IMG/VR virus record: IMGVR_UViG_3300032235_000653
Coordinates: 35,767-99,766 of that record
Length of the DNA: 64,000 bases
Origin: a virus
Reading direction: 5' to 3' (one strand)
The position numbers and the translations under genes were made by a program. Positions 8,939 to 18,463 of this stretch are shown here, in pieces. Position 1 is the stretch's first letter, and each line of letters starts with the position of its first letter. The notes beneath the pieces were generated by a model. That model saw only the letters and a program-made list of their open reading frames with translations. It was not told the origin of the DNA and made no database searches.

Positions 8939-10659
8939 GTTTGATCTTCTTTAAATGCACTTCTTATTCTACTGAATAAGCTAGGTTTCATTTTAGGTTC
9001 TTCTGGTTTAAGTGCTACCGGTTTTCTAATTGATTTATTTAATCCAGTCCACATACCTTTGCCCATATCTGTTTGCATAGCACTGGGCTGTATATCATTG
9101 CCCAATGTATCATTGGCATATTGATACATTAATTTAGCAAGCCCTTTGCCTCGATGTCTCGGAGAAACAAATACGTATGCAGCTTCTAAATATTTTTCAC
9201 CATCTTCATGACGTTTTTTAACTAAAAAGTCTGTCCAGGCAAGTTCTTCGCGCTCTGGCGTATTGGTTAATACTCGTATATGTAAGACATTTACGTCAGT
9301 GTTATAAACTTTCCTGTCTTCTCCTTCAGCAGTGAGTAATAAATCCCCCACAACTTGTTGATCTCTAAATCCTGTCTTAACAGTTTCAGCATTTACATAT
9401 TCGGTTATGCTGTCAGATTTCCATTTATCAGCTAAAAGCTCCACTAATTTTTTTACAGTAGATACATTGTTTCGACGCATGTAATTAATGATTTTAACTG
9501 CATTAGCTCTATCGGCGCCGGCACTGGGTTTTCTAGCATTGCTTAAATCTGTATTCAATCCTTGAGCAGCATTTTCTTTATCGTAAGTATAATTTAAACT
9601 GTATCGCAGATCGTCGGCTTTTTTACTTAACTGACTTTTATTTTTGGCACTAATTAATTCTATCCACGGAAGCAAGTATTCTCGTTCAGGATAACTACGA
9701 TAACTTGTATGTTCCGGACCTGTCAACAAACTGACATCTCCTGGATTTCTTTGATCAAAATTTCGCCAAGCTTTAGGGTCGGTATAAAAATATGTATCAA
9801 TGCCCAGACGTTTAGCTGCTATTAGTGCTTGTCTGGCTCTAGCACGAACTTCAGGATCAGATTTGGGATCAATATAAATGTGTACGGCCACAATTCCATC
9901 AATGGGTATAGTAGGTTCTCGACTGAACACTCGATCTTCAGCTTCATGTTTTCGATGATGTGCCAAAGATGGGTTACGATTTTCCCAATAGTCCACTGGA
10001 CGAGAAATATAATGATTGTTGAACCAGTTACCATCTAATACAAACAACACAGCCTGATTACCAATATAGTCATGATACCCACCTTGTCTCGTGCGTGTAG
10101 TGCTTAAAAAGTAAAGGTGATCTTTAGGTGCGTAACTTTGTTCGATACTACCCAACACACTGCTTAATTCAAACTGCCCAGAACTTAAAATTTTTAAAGC
10201 TGAATGAATATTAGTATAATGATATACTATACGACTCAGACTTTCGTCTAATTTTTCTGGTTCCCAGAACATATTCTTAGAACCCTTTGTAGTAGGTTTA
10301 AATCCATGTCCTTTATAGAACTTAGTTAGTTTGGCTTGACTTACTTGCCCTTTGTCCCAAGGGTACAATGTTAATGCAATATTATCTTCTTTAGCCAAAC
10401 GTTGAAGCTCAGCCATTGCTCGAGAACCCACGCCTTGACGTAGAGGATACGCTTGAAACCATTTAACTTCTACCGCATCGTGTTTAGACAAGCTAGGCAC
10501 TAGTTCGAACATGGCAAACTGTTGTTCGTCACCTTCTCCCCATGTCATGACATGATTGTTTTGCCATACTTGTGGATATTTAGAATAAACTTTTTCTATC
10601 CATTCTTTTGCACGGCTACGATCTATATTAGATAATTTGATAACTTCGTCAATACGCAT
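8935..10659 (-). CDS. multidomain protein: GNAT-like + ADP-ribosyltransferase-like + GNAT-like
   Basis: RQGVGSRAM and FYKGHGF; HYT...STT...EAE; VSPRHRGKGLAKLMY. TAAATA at 10664-10669 lies just upstream. Confidence 0.6.
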   Translation of the reverse strand: MRIDEVIKLSNIDRSRAKEWIEKVYSKYPQVWQNNHVMTWGEGDEQQFAMFELVPSLSKHDAVEVKWFQAYPLRQGVGSRAMAELQRLAKEDNIALTLYPWDKGQVSQAKLTKFYKGHGFKPTTKGSKNMFWEPEKLDESLSRIVYHYTNIHSALKILSSGQFELSSVLGSIEQSYAPKDHLYFLSTTRTRQGGYHDYIGNQAVLFVLDGNWFNNHYISRPVDYWENRNPSLAHHRKHEAEDRVFSREPTIPIDGIVAVHIYIDPKSDPEVRARARQALIAAKRLGIDTYFYTDPKAWRNFDQRNPGDVSLLTGPEHTSYRSYPEREYLLPWIELISAKNKSQLSKKADDLRYSLNYTYDKENAAQGLNTDLSNARKPSAGADRANAVKIINYMRRNNVSTVKKLVELLADKWKSDSITEYVNAETVKTGFRDQQVVGDLLLTAEGEDRKVYNTDVNVLHIRVLTNTPEREELAWTDFLVKKRHEDGEKYLEAAYVFVSPRHRGKGLAKLMYQYANDTLGNDIQPSAMQTDMGKGMWTGLNKSIRKPVALKPEEPKMKPSLFSRIRSAFKEDQT

Positions 10660-12330
10660 TCAGTATTTAGCGTCATAGTACTGTTTGAGCCAAGCCCACT
10701 CGTAGGATAACATTAGCTTGTCGTAGTCGCCTTTAACAGATTCATAGTAATTGATAGCATCCTGGGCTCCAAGAATACTCCATTCACCGTACTGCCCGTT
10801 GCCCACTGTTAACCATTTTTTAAGTCTGAATTCAGTTTCAACACTGGGCTGTTCGATACTAAAATGTTTTAACTTAATAACTTCGCGAAATGCTGTACGC
10901 CATGTGGTCCAAGAGTCTTGATCATAATGTGCAGTGCCACTTAAAATGGGCACTACGTCGTGAGCTTTACTTAAAGTAAAATCTAGTCCACTGTTCACAG
11001 TTTCCAGTACCAAACGTTTATTGTAAGCAATCATTGCCTGATGTCCGTAGACCAATCCATTTACTGGATTTCGAGCATGAAAAATGTAGTGTTTTGGTTC
11101 TTGAAAGTAGTCAGGTTGCCATGACCAATTAAAATTAACGTCAACTTCTAATTTAGCAAACACAGCAAAGAACCACGGTGTTTCGCTTTTTTCAGCGGCA
11201 GTTTTGTATGCGGCCATACGACCGTCGACATTTTGGACACGTTTGATTGCATTACTGAACTTTAGTACAGGAAATCCAGGGTCTTCTTGATCCAAAACTT
11301 CACACAAATGATTATACCACTGTTCTGCTTCTGGTTCGCCGTTACTGATATAGACTATGTCTAAACAGTCTTCTGTGTGTATAGATTTGCCCCTTTTTTC
11401 AACGTTTACGTAAGGATAATCGTAGATTTGTGTGCGTAAATGTGTCTTAACGTCTCGGGGCACTACACAAATACTGTTGCTTTCTGTAAAACTTTCCACA
11501 GTCCTGTCTTTTTCAGTCCATAAGCAAATTTCACTGTTAAGTAAAATACTGGGCCTATTCGAAAATGCAGCATAGGGGAATTTGAAATCGTGTTTACGAA
11601 TTTCATCTACTAGATTGTCATGATCATAATGAACTCTGGGACACATATATCGATATACTCTTTGATCTTCACAATAGTTAATAACATTAAACCAATCCAA
11701 TAATTCCAAATCGACCATTTGCTTTTTGAATGATTCTACATGAATATAAAATGTATCTCCACGTTTTTGATTATTGCTGGAAAAACAATGAATCATTTCT
11801 TCTTGCCACTGAGCAGGATGCCAAGTAAAGTCAAAATCTCGGTAATCGCAGACACTGCTAATCACCCACACATATTCTGTGGTAGCTAAATTTACTATAC
11901 GTTTTAGTACGTTTAAATGATCCGACACATATCTGGTAGATTTAATCAAAGGATATCTTTCTTTAAGAGCAACAAGTTGTACTTGACTCTCTGGGTTCAT
12001 AAAATCCATATAGAAAATATCAGTACTACCGGTACGAGGAACACAATAATCATTTACAGGACAATGCCAGTGCCATTGATGCTCTTTTGTATTTTTTGGT
12101 ATCAGATAAGTGCCACCATTTTGTTGCCATTGGCTGGGCCAAACATGTGTATACTCTGCTTCATAACTAATGGGTTTCCAATGAAAGTCAAAATCACTAT
12201 AGTCATTGTGCCCGTCTACGTACCAAAAATATGCCGTACGACAAAGTGTATCAGCCTCTACTAGAGAGGCTGCCGGTTGTTCAAAGGCAAACAGGTTAGG
12301 CTTTGGTCCTTTGTAAAATATATCAAACAT
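10660..12330 (-). CDS. glycosyltransferase-like protein with internal repeats
   Basis: Three DI(F/V)Y...(T)xxxW...F(D/N)(F/W)xWxP modules; the C-terminal module (RVQNVDG..AAYK.AA, WRTAFRE) parallels 26164..27090. Confidence 0.55.
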   Translation of the reverse strand: MFDIFYKGPKPNLFAFEQPAASLVEADTLCRTAYFWYVDGHNDYSDFDFHWKPISYEAEYTHVWPSQWQQNGGTYLIPKNTKEHQWHWHCPVNDYCVPRTGSTDIFYMDFMNPESQVQLVALKERYPLIKSTRYVSDHLNVLKRIVNLATTEYVWVISSVCDYRDFDFTWHPAQWQEEMIHCFSSNNQKRGDTFYIHVESFKKQMVDLELLDWFNVINYCEDQRVYRYMCPRVHYDHDNLVDEIRKHDFKFPYAAFSNRPSILLNSEICLWTEKDRTVESFTESNSICVVPRDVKTHLRTQIYDYPYVNVEKRGKSIHTEDCLDIVYISNGEPEAEQWYNHLCEVLDQEDPGFPVLKFSNAIKRVQNVDGRMAAYKTAAEKSETPWFFAVFAKLEVDVNFNWSWQPDYFQEPKHYIFHARNPVNGLVYGHQAMIAYNKRLVLETVNSGLDFTLSKAHDVVPILSGTAHYDQDSWTTWRTAFREVIKLKHFSIEQPSVETEFRLKKWLTVGNGQYGEWSILGAQDAINYYESVKGDYDKLMLSYEWAWLKQYYDAKY

Positions 12331-12769
12331 CGATTTGTTCTACTGTAACTTTACACTTGTTTAAAAATTCAACACCGGACGTATCACGATAAGCTTGCCC
12401 AAAATACACATGAGATATGCCTGCTCCGTAAATACTTTTAGCACACTCTAAACAAGGAGCATGGGTAATGAACATAGTAGATCCTAGCCCGCCCTCATTG
12501 CCTTTTGCTAACTTGTCTAGAGCATTTCGCTCTGCGTGGAGCACTTCTGGTTTTGTTTTTAATTCGTAATCGCCTGTTTCATCCCAAACTTTGGTTTCAC
12601 AGTTGTTATCCCACCCGGCAGGCATGCCGTTATAACCAATACTGATAATTCTATCATCTTTAACCACAATGGCGCCAACATGCAGTCGCCGAGCATGACT
12701 GAGTTCAGCAAATATTTTTGCAGTCTGCATATATGCTTGAATTAATTTTTTCTTCATTTTCTTAACCAA
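12323..12769 (-). CDS. cd: dCMP deaminase
   Basis: VGAIVV, IGYNG, HAE and PCLEC zinc motifs. Confidence 0.93.
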   Translation of the reverse strand: MVKKMKKKLIQAYMQTAKIFAELSHARRLHVGAIVVKDDRIISIGYNGMPAGWDNNCETKVWDETGDYELKTKPEVLHAERNALDKLAKGNEGGLGSTMFITHAPCLECAKSIYGAGISHVYFGQAYRDTSGVEFLNKCKVTVEQIDV

Positions 12770-13455
12770 GAAATATTATCCCAGGCATCACCACTGGGAT
12801 TAAATTTTTGAACAACTCTATTGTATAAATCAATGTCAGGTAACAAATATTCCATTATTTTTTCATTGGGGGAAGACTTAAACTTTTCTTTTATATTTGC
12901 TTCGAGTTTCTTTTTTGACCCAGATGAAATATTTGACTTTCCGTCAGTTGCCCAATAACTATCTATATAAATTTTATATTTTTCTAAGAGTTTTGCAATC
13001 GCCCATTTAACCCCGTCGTGATTTTTTACAGATTCCATTGGAATCCAATCAATTTGATCACAGAAATTTTCGTAATAGTTATAAACATACCCGTATGAAT
13101 GTATGTCTATTATAGGAGTACTCAAAACAAAGTTTTGCAATTCAACATTTTTATAATATTCAGATACTAGATTCTTTTGAAATAACCATTCTGCTATTGC
13201 TTTATAACGCCTAGTTAAAGGATCCGTCATCAAAGTAAAAACATGACTCTTATCCCAATTGATTTCTGAAAACGGTATTTTCCTCCATCGACAGTTTTGA
13301 TTAAAAGTGGTCGTCAAAAAACTGGAGCCGCATTTTAAAGTTGCAATACAGGTCAATACTTCGCAGGTATACACTGCTGCTGTGGCCCCAGGACTTCTTT
13401 CAAATTTATTAAATTCTTCAACTTCTGAAAAATAGGGTAACAGATTCATTGACAT
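12754..13455 (-). CDS. sulfotransferase-like protein (Sulfotransfer_2-like)
   Basis: KCGSSFL resembles the 5'-PSB loop, DPLTR resembles the 3'-PB (RDP..R) motif, and D..LY occurs near the C-terminus; an APS kinase gene is nearby. Confidence 0.5.
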   Translation of the reverse strand: MSMNLLPYFSEVEEFNKFERSPGATAAVYTCEVLTCIATLKCGSSFLTTTFNQNCRWRKIPFSEINWDKSHVFTLMTDPLTRRYKAIAEWLFQKNLVSEYYKNVELQNFVLSTPIIDIHSYGYVYNYYENFCDQIDWIPMESVKNHDGVKWAIAKLLEKYKIYIDSYWATDGKSNISSGSKKKLEANIKEKFKSSPNEKIMEYLLPDIDLYNRVVQKFNPSGDAWDNISWLRK

Positions 13456-13482
13456 GAATTATAAATGTATAAATGATATAAG

Positions 13483-13707
13483 TCAATCTTTGTCAGTTAC
13501 TATAACTGCAACTTGGTCCACCCAAATCATTCTGCCATGGCAAGCAATATTCCATTTTGTTTCACCATGCTCGTGTGTGCATTCAGTAAAAGTTTCTCCG
13601 ATAAGTCGAACATCTTTAGCTAAATGTTCTACTCCGTTTTCGAATACACGCCAGACTAATTCACTGCCGTTGTGTTTAGTATTAAATCTGACGTGATACT
13701 TGTTCAC
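13483..13707 (-). CDS. hypothetical protein
   Basis: 74 aa, overlapping the stop of the upstream gene. Confidence 0.65.
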   Translation of the reverse strand: MNKYHVRFNTKHNGSELVWRVFENGVEHLAKDVRLIGETFTECTHEHGETKWNIACHGRMIWVDQVAVIVTDKD

Positions 13708-14495
13708 TTTAGTCCTAGTTCTTTTCTAATTTTAGTGGCAGAAATATCGGTAATTGACTCATTAAATGTTTCTTCACCAGCAGAATATCCCACGCCACGA
13801 CCCCAACCTATATGCACAATATTTGGAACTACTTGTATGTCGTACTGTCCTTGGTATAGTGGATCTAAGTCTCGACGGATAAATGATTTAACCTTTTCTA
13901 CTTCGAAAGGATTGGACCCTTGCCAGCCCTGCACATCACGAACTTGAATAATAACTTGACCTGTACGTTGTAACAGTCTTTCAAATAATGCTCTATGACC
14001 ATCGTGCCACGGTTGCCAACGCCCTAACATTTGGACTGTTTCTTTTTTCCAATCAAAGACAGGTCGTCTACGATGGTCAATAATATGGTCAGCAATAAAA
14101 TCTGCCCATTTTTCTGCATTTTGTTCCGTGACCCTAAAATCATAAACTTCGGGTTCAACAAACATTTTATTTGTATCAGCGTAACGACCTTCGCGTATAG
14201 TATCTACCCATACAGTCCAATCTGCTTTAAAATTATTACGCATTTCTACTAATGGTGCAACGAAATCACATAGTGCATAATCTGTGTTGCACGACATTGA
14301 TAATTCAAACATACGTTTACTTTGGCGAATCCTACCAGCTTCGCTGAAATCCCAATCGTCGAATTGTTTTCTTACTTCATCTGCGTTAAACCAAGTAACT
14401 GTTTTGCCATTGGCTTCTAATAACTTCTTTAATTCTGTTGCCAAGAAGGTTTTTCCTGCTCCGGGCAGGCCCATAATCAAAATTCGTTGTGTCAT
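13704..14495 (-). CDS. cysC: adenylylsulfate (APS) kinase-like domain fused to an HxGH nucleotidyltransferase domain
   Basis: GLPGAGKT P-loop, NADEVR, DFSEAGRIRQ, FVAP; C-terminal GRWQPWHDGH and ISATKIR. Confidence 0.8.
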   Translation of the reverse strand: MTQRILIMGLPGAGKTFLATELKKLLEANGKTVTWFNADEVRKQFDDWDFSEAGRIRQSKRMFELSMSCNTDYALCDFVAPLVEMRNNFKADWTVWVDTIREGRYADTNKMFVEPEVYDFRVTEQNAEKWADFIADHIIDHRRRPVFDWKKETVQMLGRWQPWHDGHRALFERLLQRTGQVIIQVRDVQGWQGSNPFEVEKVKSFIRRDLDPLYQGQYDIQVVPNIVHIGWGRGVGYSAGEETFNESITDISATKIRKELGLK

Positions 14496-15967
14496 GATAG
14501 TACTTTTACTCCGTATAATTGTTCAAATCTGTTAGCGTCCTTACGGTCATTGACCATAGGCTCGCCTCGAATGTTTAGACTAGTATTTAATAGCATAGGG
14601 CACCCCGTCATAATAAACCATTTTTCTAAAAGTTGTCTGATTCCTGATCCATCCGGCGGCACAGTCTGAACACGACTAGTTCCGTCATAATGCACAACAG
14701 CAGGAAATAAGTCAGGATTCCTGCACTGACTGATGACTTGCATATACCTACTGTTATTCCAATTACAAGGGATGTCGAAATAATTATCAGACAGTTCCTC
14801 CAAAATAACCGGCGCAAAGGGTCTGAATTTTTCTCTTTGTTTAATTTCATTTACTCGATCCTTGATATCACTGCCCCGTGGGTCAGCTAATAAACTCCTA
14901 TTTCCCAATGCTCGGGGGCCAAATTCTGCTCTGCCAGATGCCACTCCTACAATACGATTAGATAATAGTTCATCTAATAGAGCATTAACAGGATAAGGCC
15001 CAGGTATGTTATGACCTAAATAAGCATTTTTCCAATTTATCTTTTTTCCATATGCCAAAGCTGCGGCACCCAGACTGGAGCCAGCATCACCAGGATTAGG
15101 CATGACCCAAATGTTTTTAAAATATTCACCCAATCTATCATTGACTTTACAATTTAAAGCAACACCGCCCATATAAACTAAATTGCTGCTCCAATTAAAA
15201 TCTTTGGCGCGGCGCATTACATTTAGTATCAATTCTTCTGTTAAGTCTTGTGCGCTGGCTGCAATGTCCATATCCCCGACGTAGGACAAATACTTTTGTT
15301 CTATGCCAGCGTGAAGATTTTCTTTAAATTTAATTTGCCATTCGTCGGATAAAAATTTAGATTTAAATAAATCAGTGAACACAGGTGCACCATATGCAGC
15401 CATGCCCATCATAATGTATTCTTCTTCATTGGGTTTTAGTCCTACCCGTTCTGTCATTGCACTATAAAATAATCCAATGCTGTGTGGATATTTTTGGCGC
15501 CATAATCTTTTATAAACGGCTTTTCCTTGATTGTATTCTGCTGCCCAAATACTTATTGTGTCCCATTCCCCTATAGCGTCAATTACAACCACTGTGGCTT
15601 TAATAAAAGAGCTTGTTTGAAATCCTGCAGCCGCATGGCATAGGTGATGATTGAAGTTGTACACACGCTCTGGATCGAGCTGGCCACCTAACTGCTGAGT
15701 TAATATTTGTCGAGTGGTAAGTTTGTTCCACTCAATACCCTGTCCTGCATACCACTGACGCAGTTGTTTTGACCAAGGGCGCTCATAATATGCAATTACT
15801 CCTGGACCATAATCCGACACATCATCTAATAACCCTTGACAAAAGTTGGGATCGTTTTTCTTTTTCGAATAGCGTTCCGAATGCCCAGCAAACAATATCT
15901 CGCCGTCTGGTGAAACTACTGCGGCGGCTGCATCATGAAATCCTGCAGATATTCCTAAAATATTCAT
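14492..15967 (-). CDS. O-carbamoyltransferase (NodU/CmcH/TobZ family)
   Basis: HDAAAA, SERYSK, HHLCHAA, DAIGE, GGVALN, GDAG, EFGPRALGNRS, FRPFAP, LLNTSLN. Confidence 0.95.
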   Translation of the reverse strand: MNILGISAGFHDAAAAVVSPDGEILFAGHSERYSKKKNDPNFCQGLLDDVSDYGPGVIAYYERPWSKQLRQWYAGQGIEWNKLTTRQILTQQLGGQLDPERVYNFNHHLCHAAAGFQTSSFIKATVVVIDAIGEWDTISIWAAEYNQGKAVYKRLWRQKYPHSIGLFYSAMTERVGLKPNEEEYIMMGMAAYGAPVFTDLFKSKFLSDEWQIKFKENLHAGIEQKYLSYVGDMDIAASAQDLTEELILNVMRRAKDFNWSSNLVYMGGVALNCKVNDRLGEYFKNIWVMPNPGDAGSSLGAAALAYGKKINWKNAYLGHNIPGPYPVNALLDELLSNRIVGVASGRAEFGPRALGNRSLLADPRGSDIKDRVNEIKQREKFRPFAPVILEELSDNYFDIPCNWNNSRYMQVISQCRNPDLFPAVVHYDGTSRVQTVPPDGSGIRQLLEKWFIMTGCPMLLNTSLNIRGEPMVNDRKDANRFEQLYGVKVLS

Positions 15968-16065
15968 TTATAGATAAAAGGATCTCGCTTGCGTAATTCT
16001 TTAAGTTTTTTTCTATATCGAATTTCAAGCACTATTCGGTAGTATAAATTTTTAATCCATTTCAT
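15964..16065 (-). CDS. 33-aa basic peptide ending DPFIYK, coupled to the carbamoyltransferase (not in ORF track)
   Basis: MKWIKNLYYRIVLEIRYRKKLKELRKRDPFIYK; GAGG SD; ATGA overlap with the carbamoyltransferase start; TAAATA at 16082-16087 upstream. Confidence 0.7.
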   Translation of the reverse strand: MKWIKNLYYRIVLEIRYRKKLKELRKRDPFIYK

Positions 16066-16080
16066 AGTTGAATCCTCTTA

Positions 16081-17181
16081 CTATTTATTGATCAAACTAC
16101 TACTATAATCATAGCCAGGTTTTAATCGTTCAATTTGTTGCTGGTAATAATCTTTGTCTGTCCATGTATAAGGATACACAGATTGCAAAATATTTTCCGA
16201 CCCATCGTCGCATTGTATAGCATAAATGTCCAGATATTTTGACAATATAGGCCACACTTCGCTATAGTTGGTTGTGCCAAAGCTTGTTTGTAGATCAACT
16301 TTACCAACTGGATGATATCCAAAATTATATTCAGGATTTTCTGGGTCAAAACCGTTTCTGACTAGCCATGGACGAAAGCCAGACATTACGTTATCGTACC
16401 ATGGCGCCATACCGTTGTAGCAAATATCTTGTGCCCATTCGATATCAAATTCACCACTATAATAACGTAAATGGGTTATAGCTTCACAGACTGCTTTATC
16501 GATGTCTATGCCATTTTCATCTTTGAATACTTCGAATAGAGTTTTACCAATTTGAGACCAATGCAAATAAACTTCTCCAAATTTTCTATCATATCTTTTT
16601 TCATCGAAAGTTGTTTTGTATTCTGCAGGAAATTCATATCTTTGTGCATTTAAAAATGTGGTAATTTGACTGGGTCTAACCCACTCGGGTGCGGTTATTT
16701 TTTTACGCTGACTGAGCACCAGACTTTCTGCTTCGTGACACAGATTATTCAATTGTCTGATTGCAAACTTTGTTGTATAATCAGCTCTTTTATAATAGTC
16801 ACTGAGTCCCCAAACCGTGCCTTGCAATATTTCAAAATGATTATGAAGTTTATTCATCAAATCATGATCGAGTTTTAAGGTATGGGAATCTCTGAGTGTG
16901 TCTGGCAGAAATACTTCTTTAATCTGATATTCTTCGCCGAAGAAACTGTTTATTTTGTTTACTGCCCACGCCAGCTCAGAACAAATAAATTGCAAATTTC
17001 GTTGACTGTCCGGAAATCCTAAAAAACAAAAATTCTTTTCTAGATACTTGTTTTGTCTTAATAAGTCTTGCAAGGCCACAAACCATTTCTGTGCCATGTT
17101 ATGGTCATATACGTCGATTATATAATCTAGTGTATCTGATTTAATCAACGGGTTACGCAGTGTTACTATTACTTTATTCAA
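16081..17181 (-). CDS. hypothetical protein within the radical SAM cluster
   Basis: 366 aa with His/Glu helical motifs (NKLHNHFE, NNLCHEAE); overlaps the upstream gene. Confidence 0.75.
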   Translation of the reverse strand: MNKVIVTLRNPLIKSDTLDYIIDVYDHNMAQKWFVALQDLLRQNKYLEKNFCFLGFPDSQRNLQFICSELAWAVNKINSFFGEEYQIKEVFLPDTLRDSHTLKLDHDLMNKLHNHFEILQGTVWGLSDYYKRADYTTKFAIRQLNNLCHEAESLVLSQRKKITAPEWVRPSQITTFLNAQRYEFPAEYKTTFDEKRYDRKFGEVYLHWSQIGKTLFEVFKDENGIDIDKAVCEAITHLRYYSGEFDIEWAQDICYNGMAPWYDNVMSGFRPWLVRNGFDPENPEYNFGYHPVGKVDLQTSFGTTNYSEVWPILSKYLDIYAIQCDDGSENILQSVYPYTWTDKDYYQQQIERLKPGYDYSSSLINK

Positions 17182-18463
17182 TCGAATTCCACCATTCTAA
17201 TACTTCAGGTTTTGTTGAAAGTATATCACGCATAGTATAACTATCATTTCGAATTTGTTCAAGTCTTTCGATTCTTGCTTTTCCTTTACGCAAGCCAATT
17301 TGATAGTCATCGGGCCACTGTTCTGCAAATGTAGGTCTAGTTTTTAGCTGGGCAAGGATATCCTTTAAGGCGCCGCCTACTACGGGTACGAGTTCATCTA
17401 TCCATGGATCTAATAGATTCCTGGGCAGTGATAAAGGTGACATAACTATGTCCGGACTAAAACTAAAAATTACTTTCGCGAGAATATCGACTTTTTCTTC
17501 TTCTGCAAGTCGCTGGATATTAATAACTTCGAACATGCCGGGCAAAGTGAGCGTAAAGTCAATTCGCATTTGACGTCGGTGACTAGCGATTTTAGTTCCT
17601 TGGCGGAAGTTCTCAAGCCATTCATTGTAGTTGAGACCTGTTCTAATGTATTCGCCAATCGGGCCTGTGCCGTCGATGCTTGCACAAATCTGCCAATCAC
17701 GAAGCCTGTTGAGAATATCACTATAAAGATTAATGCCTTTATAATTAATTCTTGATAAATTAGTGTTATACCTAGCATAGACATTTGGGCCATCTCCTAA
17801 CTCTATTATTCTTTTCATGTAGCGCCAATGTTGTTCGTACATTAAAGGTTCGCCACCAACCCAATATACTTCTTCAACTCGATGCTCTTCGACAGCTTGG
17901 CTAAATTCTGCTTCGACTTGATTATCTTGAAATTGTTCAATTTGTTTTTTGATGTCAGGTTGCATCCAATTATTCTTTGGATCTGACCAATTGATCATGT
18001 TGTGCTGACGTTGTTCACTTTCCCATGAACTACTTAACATGTCTCCACACATTCGACATTTAAAATTACAAAGATTACTAAATCTGTAATCCCAACTCAC
18101 AGGCTTCATATCTGTTGAGCCGTCGGGCTGTGTCTTTTCCATTGCCTCATTGTACTTATGGCCAAATAACTGATTAAAATAGCTACGGTAAACGCTGGTG
18201 TTTAGTAATTTGTCATTGCATACTTCACACTCAGGCAAAGTTTCCCCTGCCATCATGCGACGACGAACAGACTTCATATGCTCGCCATTCCAGTGCTCGT
18301 CTAAAGTGACAGGTATATACTTTCCTGTACCTGCACTAGTATCAATATACTGTTGAAAATTTTGTGCAGGTTCTCGACTCGCGCAACACATCCTGCGTTC
18401 TGTTTGCGGACTTAGATATGTATGTGTCCATGGAGCCATGCACAGTGTCGCAGGTTTAGTCAT
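17174..18463 (-). CDS. radical SAM protein with N-terminal Twitch/SPASM-like domain (1 of 7)
   Basis: CMAPW..CC..CEVC; CNFKCRMC; GGEP. Confidence 0.92.
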   Translation of the reverse strand: MTKPATLCMAPWTHTYLSPQTERRMCCASREPAQNFQQYIDTSAGTGKYIPVTLDEHWNGEHMKSVRRRMMAGETLPECEVCNDKLLNTSVYRSYFNQLFGHKYNEAMEKTQPDGSTDMKPVSWDYRFSNLCNFKCRMCGDMLSSSWESEQRQHNMINWSDPKNNWMQPDIKKQIEQFQDNQVEAEFSQAVEEHRVEEVYWVGGEPLMYEQHWRYMKRIIELGDGPNVYARYNTNLSRINYKGINLYSDILNRLRDWQICASIDGTGPIGEYIRTGLNYNEWLENFRQGTKIASHRRQMRIDFTLTLPGMFEVINIQRLAEEEKVDILAKVIFSFSPDIVMSPLSLPRNLLDPWIDELVPVVGGALKDILAQLKTRPTFAEQWPDDYQIGLRKGKARIERLEQIRNDSYTMRDILSTKPEVLEWWNSIE

